Shown in pieces: positions 19,446-28,873 of a stretch of 32,000 nucleotides of DNA. A program made the translations under genes and the position numbers. Source of the DNA: Wolbachia endosymbiont strain TRS of Brugia malayi (GTDB lineage Bacteria; Pseudomonadota; Alphaproteobacteria; Rickettsiales; Anaplasmataceae); assembly GCF_000008385.1 (NCBI RefSeq), contig NC_006833.1:510001-542000 (forward strand), written 5' to 3'. Within the stretch, counting starts at the first letter, position 1. Every line of letters starts with the position of its first letter. The notes beneath the pieces were generated by a model. The model ran no database searches, had not been told where the DNA came from, and saw only the letters and a list, made by a program, of their open reading frames with translations.

Positions 19446-20150
19446 TTGATGTCTTTTTTAATAGTCGCAAATTGGAAGATGAATGGAACACGCTCTTTAT
19501 TCGTCAACTTTATAGGTAAACTCAATGACAAGAGTAATGAAATTACTTCTAAGCTCGTGATTTGCCCACCTTTTACATCACTTCCAGGTAATATAGAGCT
19601 GAATAGTAATATTAGTATAGGAGCACAGAATTGCCATTATAAAAAGTCTGGTTCTTATACAGGTGAAATTAGCGCAGAGATGCTAAAAGAGTTAGGATGT
19701 ACTTACGTAATACTTGGGCATTCCGAAAGAACTCACGAAACAAATGGTGAAATAAAGCTTAAATCAGAAACAGCTATAGAATCGGGCTTACACCCAATTA
19801 TTTGTGTAGGTGAAAATTTAGAAGACCGTGAGAGTAGTAAAACAAAGGAAGTAGTAGAGTATCAATGCAAAAGCCGCTTGCCAATACATGGTGAATATAC
19901 CGTAGCATATGAACCAATATGGGCAATAGGTACAGGACATGTACCAAGTAATAATGCAATTGCTGAGGTAATAGAAGTGATACAATCTTATACTAGCAAA
20001 AAACACGTTATATATGGCGGCTCAGTCAGTTTAGAAAATATAGAAAATTTATCGAATATCTTGAATTTATCAGGAGTTTTAATTGGCAGTGCAAGCTTAG
20101 ATTTTGATCGCTTTCATAAAATTGTACAGCAAGTTGAAAAAGCCTATTAA
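19446..20150 (+). CDS. tpiA: Triosephosphate isomerase
   Basis: [16 protein letters not shown] and [11 protein letters not shown] motifs. ATG at 19449 is the likelier start than TTG at 19446. Confidence 0.93.
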   Translation: MMSFLIVANWKMNGTRSLFVNFIGKLNDKSNEITSKLVICPPFTSLPGNIELNSNISIGAQNCHYKKSGSYTGEISAEMLKELGCTYVILGHSERTHETNGEIKLKSETAIESGLHPIICVGENLEDRESSKTKEVVEYQCKSRLPIHGEYTVAYEPIWAIGTGHVPSNNAIAEVIEVIQSYTSKKHVIYGGSVSLENIENLSNILNLSGVLIGSASLDFDRFHKIVQQVEKAY

Positions 20151-20176
20151 TTCTGAAATTGTAATTAAAGAACCCT

Positions 20177-21499
20177 GTGATAGATATATACACTAACAGA
20201 CCTAAGAAATACAAAATAGCAGCATTAATAGTTGCAGCAGGAGTAGGAAGCCGATGCAGCAATACAATTCCTAAGCAGTATATGACACTAGCAGATAAAC
20301 CTGTTTTATCGCATGCAGTCAAAAAACTTTTAACCAACCAGTATATAGATTACGTAAGGGTTATAATTAACAGAAATCATGAAGATTTTTATAGAGAAAC
20401 GATAGATTCTCTACATAACTATTATTTAAGCGAAGCGGTACACTCTTTCCAGTATGTGACGCTGAAATCTAGAAAAAAAGAAGAATGGATTCCAGTGTCA
20501 AGCACTGGAATGAAAGGAAGAGTAGATACTAAGTTACTAAGTCCAGTATATGGAGGAAAAAGTAGGCAAAACTCAGTTAAGCTGGGACTTGAAAGCTTGC
20601 AAAAAATTAACCCAGATTTTGTAGTTATACACGATGCTTGTAGGCCTTTTGTGTCAAATACTTTGATAAATAACTTAGCTCGGTCCATGATTAATAACCA
20701 ACATACAGGAGTAGTACCAGCAATAGAAGTAGAAGATACTATATCATTAGTAAATGATGATCTCATTGAATCCACAATTCCAAGAGAAAGACTTAGAGCT
20801 ATACAGACCCCTCAAATTTTCAATTTTAAAGAATTATTATCATATCATCGGTCAAATAAAGAATTTACTGATGATTCATCACTAATGGTAGAACACAAAA
20901 AACGTGTTGTAGTTACTAGAGGTGAGAAAATCAATTTTAAGTTAACCACAAAAGAGGATATTAATATGGCAAAGCTTCTTCTTGATGAACCAAAATATCG
21001 CGTTGGAACTGGCTATGACATACATAGGTTCATTAAAGCTCAAGGTAAGGCTAAAAGTTTTATAAAGATTTGCGGCGTAGAAATCGAGTATGACATGAAA
21101 ATAGAAGCACATTCCGACGGTGATGTTGCAATACATGCAGTTGTTGATGCAATACTGGGAGCACTAGGATGTGGCGACATAGGAGCACATTTTCCTCCGA
21201 GTTTTCCTGAGTGGAAAGATCGCAATTCATCTCACTTTCTCGATTTTGCTGCTAAAAAAGCAAAAGAAAAAGGATACAGCGTATCTAATTTAGATATTAC
21301 TATAGTTTGCGAGGAGCCTAAAATATCGCCTTACAAAGTAGCAATGAAGAAGTTCATATCAAAAACATTAGAGATTGATAGTGAATTTGTAAATGTTAAA
21401 GCAACCACTACAGAAAAATTAGGTTCTATTGGGAGAAATGAAGGAATACTAGCACATGCTTCTGTATTATTATATAAAATAGCTCCACTGCATAATTAA
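20177..21499 (+). CDS. ispDF: Bifunctional 2-C-methyl-D-erythritol 4-phosphate cytidylyltransferase / 2-C-methyl-D-erythritol 2,4-cyclodiphosphate synthase
   Basis: The N-terminal IspD half has AALIVAAGVGSR...PKQY, GGKSRQNSV and VIHDACRPF. The C-terminal IspF half has RVGTGYDIHRF, HSDGDVAIHAVVDAILGA and ATTTEKLG. GTG start. It contains extra codons around residues 85-123 (see the repeat at 20447-20510). Confidence 0.92.
   Translation: MIDIYTNRPKKYKIAALIVAAGVGSRCSNTIPKQYMTLADKPVLSHAVKKLLTNQYIDYVRVIINRNHEDFYRETIDSLHNYYLSEAVHSFQYVTLKSRKKEEWIPVSSTGMKGRVDTKLLSPVYGGKSRQNSVKLGLESLQKINPDFVVIHDACRPFVSNTLINNLARSMINNQHTGVVPAIEVEDTISLVNDDLIESTIPRERLRAIQTPQIFNFKELLSYHRSNKEFTDDSSLMVEHKKRVVVTRGEKINFKLTTKEDINMAKLLLDEPKYRVGTGYDIHRFIKAQGKAKSFIKICGVEIEYDMKIEAHSDGDVAIHAVVDAILGALGCGDIGAHFPPSFPEWKDRNSSHFLDFAAKKAKEKGYSVSNLDITIVCEEPKISPYKVAMKKFISKTLEIDSEFVNVKATTTEKLGSIGRNEGILAHASVLLYKIAPLHN
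20447..20510 (+). repeat. Miniature two-box palindromic element embedded in frame in ispDF
   Basis: ttccagtatgtgacgctg (20447-20464) matches the reverse complement of the terminal box of repeat copy A (ctccagtatgtgacactg) at 16/18. ttccagtgtcaagcactggaa (20490-20510) is itself a CCAGTG-N5-CACTGG hairpin. Its complement resembles box tctcagcgcttgacact of copy B. The segment encodes ...SFQYVTLKSRKKEEWIPVSSTGM... Confidence 0.6.
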
Positions 21500-21549
21500 T
21501 TTTTATAAATACAATAAACATTGTCTGAATCAGAATATCTTACGTTCGT

Positions 21550-23340
21550 TCTTCAACATACTTCTTGGAATACGCATCCAATTTCTTCGTTTTCCTTTTT
21601 ATCTGGTAAAAACTCACCGACTCGCGCATTTCATATGGCCTTATACATTCCATTTTTATTAAAAAGTTCTTAGTGTGTGTTATCTTCTACAATTTTCCCT
21701 GATCAAGAGAACTAGAATGCAATCCATGTGCAGAAGCGTAGGCAAAACGATGTGCGATGACAATAGTTGTAGCATTGCTTATTTCAAGTATTTCGCTTAG
21801 TGATTGTTGTACTAACTGTTCTATTGGAGCATCAAGTGTAAAAGTTGCCTCATTTTAAATTAATATAGGAGCACTTTTTTAAATAGCCCTTACAATTGCG
21901 ATGCGTTCTCTTTGTCCACTAACTTACTTTAACGCCTCTCTCACCTACATAATGGAATGATATCCATTGGTCATTTGTATAATATTATTATGAACCCTCG
22001 CCTTTTCACATGCTTCAACAATTTCGTCGAAGCTTGCATCGTATTTAGCAAGTTGTAAATTTTCCAGAACAGTCCTATCAAATATACCAACATCTGTGGA
22101 ATCACCGATAAGTTTGCCCATAAAGACTCTTGTGTAATACCTGCAATGTCATGACTGTCGATATAAGAATTCATCTACTTTGCACGTCAAAGTACCTGAG
22201 CAAACACTTGATAAGTGTTGTTTTATCTGCCTCAGACATTCCTATCTTCTGACCTGCATAAATATGTAAGTTAAAATCGTGGATTATAACTCTATTTTGA
22301 TCATACGCGAAGCATACATTTTCGAACCTAATTTCTCTCCATACATCTATAAGCAACTTGCACCTTCTTTATACTTAACGCCATAACTATGATTGACAAA
22401 TGAAAACGATGCCTTCATTAATGCAATTTCTGGGTTTATGTTAAATAGCAGATTTGTTAAAATACCATCTACTTCTCCATGCATATCAAGTGTAACCATC
22501 GAAATAAAGGCAAAACTACCTGCAGTGATGTGTCCGTTCTGATATAAATAGGCAAGTAAACAAATTTACATAGTATACATAATAGTTACCGTGATTGTAT
22601 TAGCACTATCTATTCAATAAGCATCAAACTTACGGACTCCTTTATCTCAATTCTCCAGTGTAACTTAGCTTAAACTCTGTCCACATATTATCAATAACTT
22701 TTATGCCAATATATTTGCTATAGAATCATTTATAATTCCTAAAGTTGCTTATCCTGCGTAACACATTGTTCTTGAAGTTTCATTTATTTTTTTAGCAAAA
22801 AAGTTATGACAGATGCATAAATCATCATAAGTATAAGTATCATGGCAGCTGATGCTAAATTAATACCTAACAGAAAAATATACTCATAGCAATAGTTGCT
22901 ATATTAACCAAAGCCTGAAAGCAGTGAGTTACTAACATAGTTACACTATTTTAACAATCCTTAATATTACTTAAAACTTCACCTGATAAACGAGAATTAA
23001 ACCAGTGCAAAGAATGCCCAAGTGTTCTTGTGTACATTTAGTTATAGTCTCAGCCAGAATTATAGGTTTATATTTTATATCTAATGATCGACTGACAAAA
23101 AACATCCTATAATGTATGATTGTGTAAAAATAAATAGTATTAATAATGTTGTTATATCATTGTATGATTGGATTACATCAATGATTTCTTTTACATTATA
23201 AGCTTTAACTATTTTAAACACAGATGCAGGATTGCTATTGTACATAACAAGCAAAGATATGTTCTGCATTTCTAAAAAATAGGCTTGAGGTAGGTTAAAA
23301 GTTTAGTGACTTCAATCATATTAAAGCCTTCGGATGATCG
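21550..23340 (-). pseudogene. MsbA-like ABC exporter (TMD-NBD) paralogue, heavily decayed
   Basis: Nucleotide similarity to the neighbouring gene is visible, for example ttttcctttttatctggtaaaaactcaccgactcgcgca vs ttttcctttttatctggtaaaaatccaccaactcgtgca. Fragments include IRFENVCFAYDQNRVIIHDFNLHIYAGQKIG-MSEADKTTLIKCLLRYFD (decayed Walker A) and ...ARVGEFLPDKKENEEIG. Numerous stops and frameshifts leave only 61-67-aa ORFs. Confidence 0.8.
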
Positions 23341-23361
23341 TAATAAAATATACAGTGAAAA

Positions 23362-25193
23362 TCAGTTCCAACATTCAATTTTCTCATTTTCCTTTTTATC
23401 TGGTAAAAATCCACCAACTCGTGCACTCCATAGAGTCTTATACATTCCACTTTTATCAAGCAACTCTTGATGCGTGCCATCTTCTACAATTTTACCTCGA
23501 TCGAATACTAGAATACGATCCATATGCAAAAGTGTAGACAGGCAATGGGCTATTACTATAGTAGTTTTACCTTGCATTAACTCCCACAGAGACTTTTGAA
23601 TATTACTCTCAGTCACAGAATCAAGTTGTGAAGTTGCCTCATCCAAGATTAAAATAGGAGCATTTTTTAAAATAGCCCTTGCAATTGCAATACGCTGCCT
23701 CTGTCCTCCAGAAAGTTTCATACCTCTCTCTCCAACAAGTGACTCATAACCTTGGGGCAATTTTGAAATAAACTCATGAGCATGTGCACGTTTAGCAGCT
23801 TCTACAACTTCATCATCACTAGCATCTGCTTTACCATAACGAATATTTTCCATCAGAGTTCTATGAAAAAGCGATGGATCTTGTGGAATCACTCCAATAT
23901 TTTTATGCAAAGAATCTTGGGTTACATTGCGAACGTCTTGTCCGTCAATTAAAATCTTTCCAGATTTTACATCATAAAGCCGGAGAATCAGGTTTACAAA
24001 TGTTGACTCACCGCCATCCGAATAACCAACAAGTCCTACTTTTTGACCGGATCCAATTATTATGGATTTGTTTTCAAATATTGGTTCTGAATCTTTATAA
24101 TGAAAATGAACTTTATCAAAAGTAATTTCACCTTTTTTAATGACAAGATCTGCTACATTTGGTTGATCTTGGATTTCAGGAGTTACAGTAATTATTCTCA
24201 AAGTCTGAGTAATCTTTCCCCATAATTTAGAAAGTTGCGAAAAGCCTTTTGCTATCATCCAAAGAAAACTAGCTATTGCTATATTAACAGTCATAACAAA
24301 AGCAAAATCTCCAGTAGTAATTGATCCTTGCTCTCTTCCTTTAATTAAGAAATATAAATTGAGTATTTGCATGACCATAAATGAGAAGCCATAGAAAGTG
24401 AAAATCCACATATATAACCACTGAAGCCTCTGTTCTGCTTTAACAGCTTCACTATGAGTAGATTGCAAAAATAATCTTTCCTGGTATTTGCTCGCAAACA
24501 ATCTTACAGACATGATATTTGAGAATACGTCTATCATTTTGCTAGTAATGCTCGAACCAAGTTCTGACCATGCGTCTGCGAGACGTGTTATCCTTCTTGC
24601 AAGAAATAAGGAAGATAAAACAAACAATGCAGACCAAGCCAACATCAATAAGGCGAAGTTAATATTTACTTGCCATAAAAAATAAATTCCAATACCTAGG
24701 CTAATGCGCGACCCATGATCCTGTCAGTCATAATTTGTGCAATATCTGGAATATAATTTGTCAAATCGTTAATCTTGTTGGCGAAACTGCCGGAAAAGCT
24801 ATTTTGGTAATAGCTATTATCTTGATCTAATAAGATAGCAATACTCGATTCAACAATGTTTTTACGGAGATTAGGAACCATCTTAATTTCAAAAAAATAA
24901 TTATACAATCTATTAATACACTCAAGTAAAAGTAACATGAGTACATAGGATATGGCGGGAGTTGCTATGTCACGGAAAAGATTATCTGCAGCTGATATTG
25001 AAACACGGTCTATAATAATTTTTATTAAGTATGGACTAAAGGAAATATCGACAGCCCAGACTAATGCTGTCAACAATACTATTGTAACATGAAAAGAGAA
25101 TGGACGTAGTACTTTTAGGATGAAAGATACAATCTGCTTTGTTGTGATGTCGTTCATATTTTTTGAACTACGCACGAAGTAAACTAACGCCAA
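23362..25193 (-). pseudogene. MsbA-like ABC exporter (TMD-NBD) split by one frameshift and carrying a non-canonical Walker A
   Basis: ORF 24696-25193 (the N-terminal TMD part, likely starting at ATG 25157) and ORF 23362-24648 are in different frames. The downstream frame is open back to a TGA at 24726-24724, so a 1-nt indel must lie within 24699-24723. The NBD keeps LSGGQRQRIAIARAIL and ILILDEATSQLD, but Walker A reads GYSDGGEST (24027-24001) instead of GxSGxGKST. Confidence 0.7.
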
Positions 25194-25259
25194 CCAGTTT
25201 GAAAAATTTATGCTGCTTTATATTATAATACTTTATAAACCAAAAATAAAAAGAGAAAA

Positions 25260-25880
25260 TAGCCGTGCTTAATATACAAGGTAATACTCTACCTCTGTAG
25301 ACAATGGATATTCTTGGCATTATGTGCTTTTGTTTGATCTAGGTTACTGTCGATAATTGTTATTTTTCTACAATTGCCTTTATCTCCTCTCTCATTCATT
25401 CCGTACAATATATTTTTGATGATGCGCCAGTAATACATGTGAACTTGTCAATTTTGGTGTGGATGTCTCTATAATGTCTTTGCTCTTTACCATAAATTTA
25501 TAAAACACCAACAATTGGTTTAACTTTTCATGAGTTCTATCAACTTTCTCGATGCCGTTTATATTTATATTAGCATTTATTCCAAACACTGGAGTTATTA
25601 AAAGTAACTATATTCCTGTATTATAAAACAAATTATTTTCGCTTGGACTTAGTTTATTTATTGCCAGCATATCAGCAAATGCAGTCCTTATCTACATGTC
25701 GAATAAATTAGACTAGTTATTATACTCTTATCGTCATTTCTTTATGTTGTTTTAGTATATAATAATATGCTGACAGACATATATCACTCGGATAAGAATT
25801 TATTTTACAAATATCTCTTTTTGGGAAGCAGGCATTTATTGCAATTAGCTTTTGTTCAAGCAATGTTTTTAGTCTACTTA
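25260..25880 (-). pseudogene. tRNA(Ile)-lysidine synthase (TilS)-like remnant
   Basis: Minus-strand fragments read ...KINSYPSDICLSAYYYILKQ (where a PP-loop SGGxDSxxLL would sit) and ..FIRHVDKD.. About 115 codons downstream of the PP-loop-like fragment comes RTHEKLNQLLVFYKFMV...SSHVLLAHHQ (cf. the TilS R..RY......llaHHxDDQxET region). Spacing matches TilS, but the sequence is riddled with stops. Confidence 0.35.
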
Positions 25881-25896
25881 ATAATGCCAAGTTCTA

Positions 25897-26534
25897 GTGA
25901 CCGTTAGTTTAGCTTCAAATAACAAGACTACTATTTTACCACTATTTATAAACATAATTTTGGCTATAGGTGCACCATTTATATATTTTGCCTATTCAGT
26001 GGATAGTGTTGAATTGATACAATTTTCCATTTGGAATATGAGAATTGCTGGAGCAAGTTCTACCGTGTTTTTAAAATTAGTGTGCTTTAATATCAGGACT
26101 TTTATTAATGATAAGGGTAACTATCTATTACATTCATTTCTGTTATTTACCTAAGGAGGTGTACTTGAAATACTGACTATTGAAGGAAATGTTACTATCC
26201 ATGCCCATTATCATGGTTCTGTAGCCGGTATCACTATAGCTTTTATAAATTTTGTCTACTGGCTATTACCAAAATTAGGCTGTAAAAAGATAAAAAGTCC
26301 ATAGTAAGATTACAGATCTATGCCTATAGTGTAGAATATTCTTTGCATATTACCGGATTTGTATGGCTTGGTGGATATGGTGCTTTAAGAAAATCTGTAG
26401 ATTTGTCAAATATTCTATTAAAATTAGCATATACTTGTTCTGTCGTAGGTAGAGCTATATCAGTTGTTGGCGAAATGTTGTTCATAATAACTGTGCTTTC
26501 ATCTTTGTTAAAAAAGGCAAAGCGCGTAACTTAA
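25897..26534 (+). pseudogene. Heme-copper oxidase subunit I-like remnant (C-terminal half only)
   Basis: The stretch ...LLHSFLLFT*GGVLEILTIEGNVTIHAHYHGSVAGITIAFINFVYWLLPKLG parallels the COX1 pattern FiFLFTvGGlTGvvL....D...[35 protein letters not shown]. After a frameshift, [16 protein letters not shown]...CSVVGRAISVVGEMLF parallels QHFLGLaGMPRR...SSiGsfISlvs.llF. It has an in-frame TAA, a TAG-TAA and a frame change. Confidence 0.5.
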
Positions 26535-26600
26535 ACTTTCAAATGGCTAATAACACACAACTGTAAGAATATTGTACTACCAGGCGAGTCGTTCAAGTAG

Positions 26601-27127
26601 CCCTCTTTTTGTCATCCCAGTGCGTGACACTGTTATTTAGTAAATTTATTTACTACTTCTATCATCCTATGGTCTTTTAGTGCGAGGAGCAAGCGTCAAG
26701 TGGCCGGGAATATTGGCAACCCCACGTCATACCACGATTCGTTTGCGGTATCTCACCATAGATTCTGCTAACGAGTAGCAGAATGAAGGTTGTCATTTAG
26801 CTATAAATATTAAAAAATTTTACTAAATAGAAAAAAAGGCAAAAAAACTCCAGGTAGCGAGTTTTGACCATATAATAATTTAAACTGGCACTGTAATAAT
26901 TTGCTAACGCCTAGTTTAAGCGCAATTTAGCTGAATATAGAAAAATTTAAAAGACATGTAGCCGCAATAATCTGATGTAATCCACCAATAAATACTTGAG
27001 TTTTTTTACTAAATTTTGTTATTAAACCTGCAGGTCAAAAACAGGTCGTAAGTCAAAAATACCCTTGCTATCATGATAAGGAGGTTAGTAAAGTTTATCA
27101 AGAAGTAGTTTTTTGCATTTCTATTTC
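26601..27127 (-). repeat. Modular non-coding repeat, copy C (short form, inverted orientation)
   Basis: Its reverse complement is collinear with copies A, B and D. It has the left module, a single joint ggagtttttttgcctttttttctatttagtaaaatttttt, and a right module with hairpins attctgcta-ctcgt-tagcagaat and ataccgc-N9-gtggtat. The core is accataggatgatagaagtagtaaataaatttactaaata and the terminal box is cagtgtcacgcactgggatgac. Confidence 0.8.
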
Positions 27128-27213
27128 ATAAGCTATTTGAATCTTGGTTTATCAAATCACAACATCTATATAGTTACAGTGATATAATTTAGATCTAGCT
27201 ACAAAACACAAAA

Positions 27214-28767
27214 CTAATGAAAGAAGCTACGAATACCAGTGAAAAACATAGCAATTTCATTTTCATTTGCAGCTTTTATCACATCTTGATCTTTCAGCGA
27301 ACCACCAGGCTGAACTATGGCTGTGATTCCATGTTTTGCACTTTCCACTATGCTATCTGGAAATGGAAAAAATGCATCTGAAGCAAGCACAGCACCCTTA
27401 CACTTTTCATCCGCATTTTTCACTGCGATGTTCACACTATCTATTCTGCTTGTTTGTCCTGCACCAATGCCAATAGCACAACCGCCTTTTGCTATAACTA
27501 TTGCATTGGATTTTACATGTTTACATATTTTCCAAGCAAAAATGAGATCTTCTTTTTCTTCTTCCGTTGCAGTGTGTTCTGTTACTTGACTCATTTCTTC
27601 TGCTTTTATTGCGTAGCTATTATTTTCCTGTACTAAAAACCCACCAATAATATTTTTAATCTGATATTTCGCATTTTGCTGAAGAGATCTATAAATAATC
27701 ACTCTTAGATTTTTCTTTCTTTGCAAAGTTTTTAGTGCTTCATCGCTGACTGATGGTGCTACCACTACCTCCAAAAATATTTCGCTCAATTTTTCTGCTA
27801 GCTTTAAATCTATCTCCCGATTTAAAGCAACTATGCCACCAAAACTGCTTATTTCATCACACGATAGAGCTTTTTTATATGCTTCCAAAACACTATTACC
27901 AACAGCAGCGCCACATGGGTTATTGTGCTTAATTATCACTGCTACAGGCTCTTTAAACTCAGAAACTATATTAAGCGCAGATTCTATGTCTACTATATTA
28001 TTATAACTCAACTCTTTTCCATGTATTTTTTCCAGTGGATACTTAGTAAATTGATTACTATAAAATGCAGCTTTTTGATGAGGATTCTCACCATACCTTA
28101 ATTCTTGTACTTTACTTCCATATAGAACAAAAAACTCTGGTAATTCACTACTTTTACTCTTGGATAAAAACCAGCTGTAAATATTAGAATCGTAGTGTGC
28201 AGTAAGAGCAAACGCCTTAGTTGCTAGATATTTTCTATATTCTAATGTTGTCTTATTGTTATTTTTCATCATTTCAGCTTTCAGTGCTTCATAGTCCTGA
28301 ACACTAGAAATGACCGAAGTAAAATGAAAAATTTTTGCTGCAGCTCTAATTAGCGCTACTCCACCAATATCTATTTGCTCTACGATTTGTTCTTCACTTG
28401 AGCCGCTACTGACTGTTTCCCAAAATGGATATAAATTAATTACAAGCAGATCTATAGGTTCAATTCCTAGATCCTGCATCTCCTTTTTGTGTTTTTCCCG
28501 ATCAAAGAGTATTCCTGCGTGAATTTTAGGATGCAAAGTTTTCACTCTACCACCTAATATCTCTGGGAATTGCGTGTAATTGGAGACTTCTTGTGTTTTT
28601 ATTCCCGCATCGGACAGCACTTTATATGTATTTCCTGTTGAGAGAATCTCTACTTGTTGCTGTATTAAAAACGATGCAAGATCAATTATATTTGTCTTAT
28701 CATATACTGATATTAAAGCTCTCTTAATCTTCACTTTTATGTAGAAAGTTTTTTTAAGATTATACAT
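27214..28767 (-). CDS. purH: Bifunctional AICAR transformylase / IMP cyclohydrolase
   Basis: 517 aa. It has the MGS-like N-terminus RALISVYDKTNIIDLASFL...GGRVKTLHP and the AICARFT domain KHNNPCG, GGIVALN, GAGQTSRIDS. The first ~12 codons (MYNLKKTFYIKV) may be an over-extension. Confidence 0.93.
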   Translation of the reverse strand: MYNLKKTFYIKVKIKRALISVYDKTNIIDLASFLIQQQVEILSTGNTYKVLSDAGIKTQEVSNYTQFPEILGGRVKTLHPKIHAGILFDREKHKKEMQDLGIEPIDLLVINLYPFWETVSSGSSEEQIVEQIDIGGVALIRAAAKIFHFTSVISSVQDYEALKAEMMKNNNKTTLEYRKYLATKAFALTAHYDSNIYSWFLSKSKSSELPEFFVLYGSKVQELRYGENPHQKAAFYSNQFTKYPLEKIHGKELSYNNIVDIESALNIVSEFKEPVAVIIKHNNPCGAAVGNSVLEAYKKALSCDEISSFGGIVALNREIDLKLAEKLSEIFLEVVVAPSVSDEALKTLQRKKNLRVIIYRSLQQNAKYQIKNIIGGFLVQENNSYAIKAEEMSQVTEHTATEEEKEDLIFAWKICKHVKSNAIVIAKGGCAIGIGAGQTSRIDSVNIAVKNADEKCKGAVLASDAFFPFPDSIVESAKHGITAIVQPGGSLKDQDVIKAANENEIAMFFTGIRSFFH

Positions 28768-28873
28768 AAAAAAAGTGATTTGGCTATAGTCACATTGCTC
28801 ACAAATGAACAGACCTCTTACCTTTTTACATACAGACCCTGTATTTTGACATGAAGCTTAATGTTTATTGTAC

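Noticed and set aside
19818-21225. Minus-strand ORFs overlapping tpiA and ispDF (19818-20006, 20026-20337, 20422-20775, 20942-21136, 21040-21225)
   Set aside because: They are antisense shadows of confidently identified genes. The IPVLDTGI peptide in 20422-20775 is just the reverse reading of the palindromic mini-element.
23334-24685. Plus-strand ORFs 23334-23537, 23874-24125 and 24488-24685
   Set aside because: They are antisense to the ABC exporter reading frames, which carry unmistakable NBD motifs.
27317-27636. Plus-strand ORFs 27317-27589 and 27454-27636
   Set aside because: They are antisense to purH and show no independent support.
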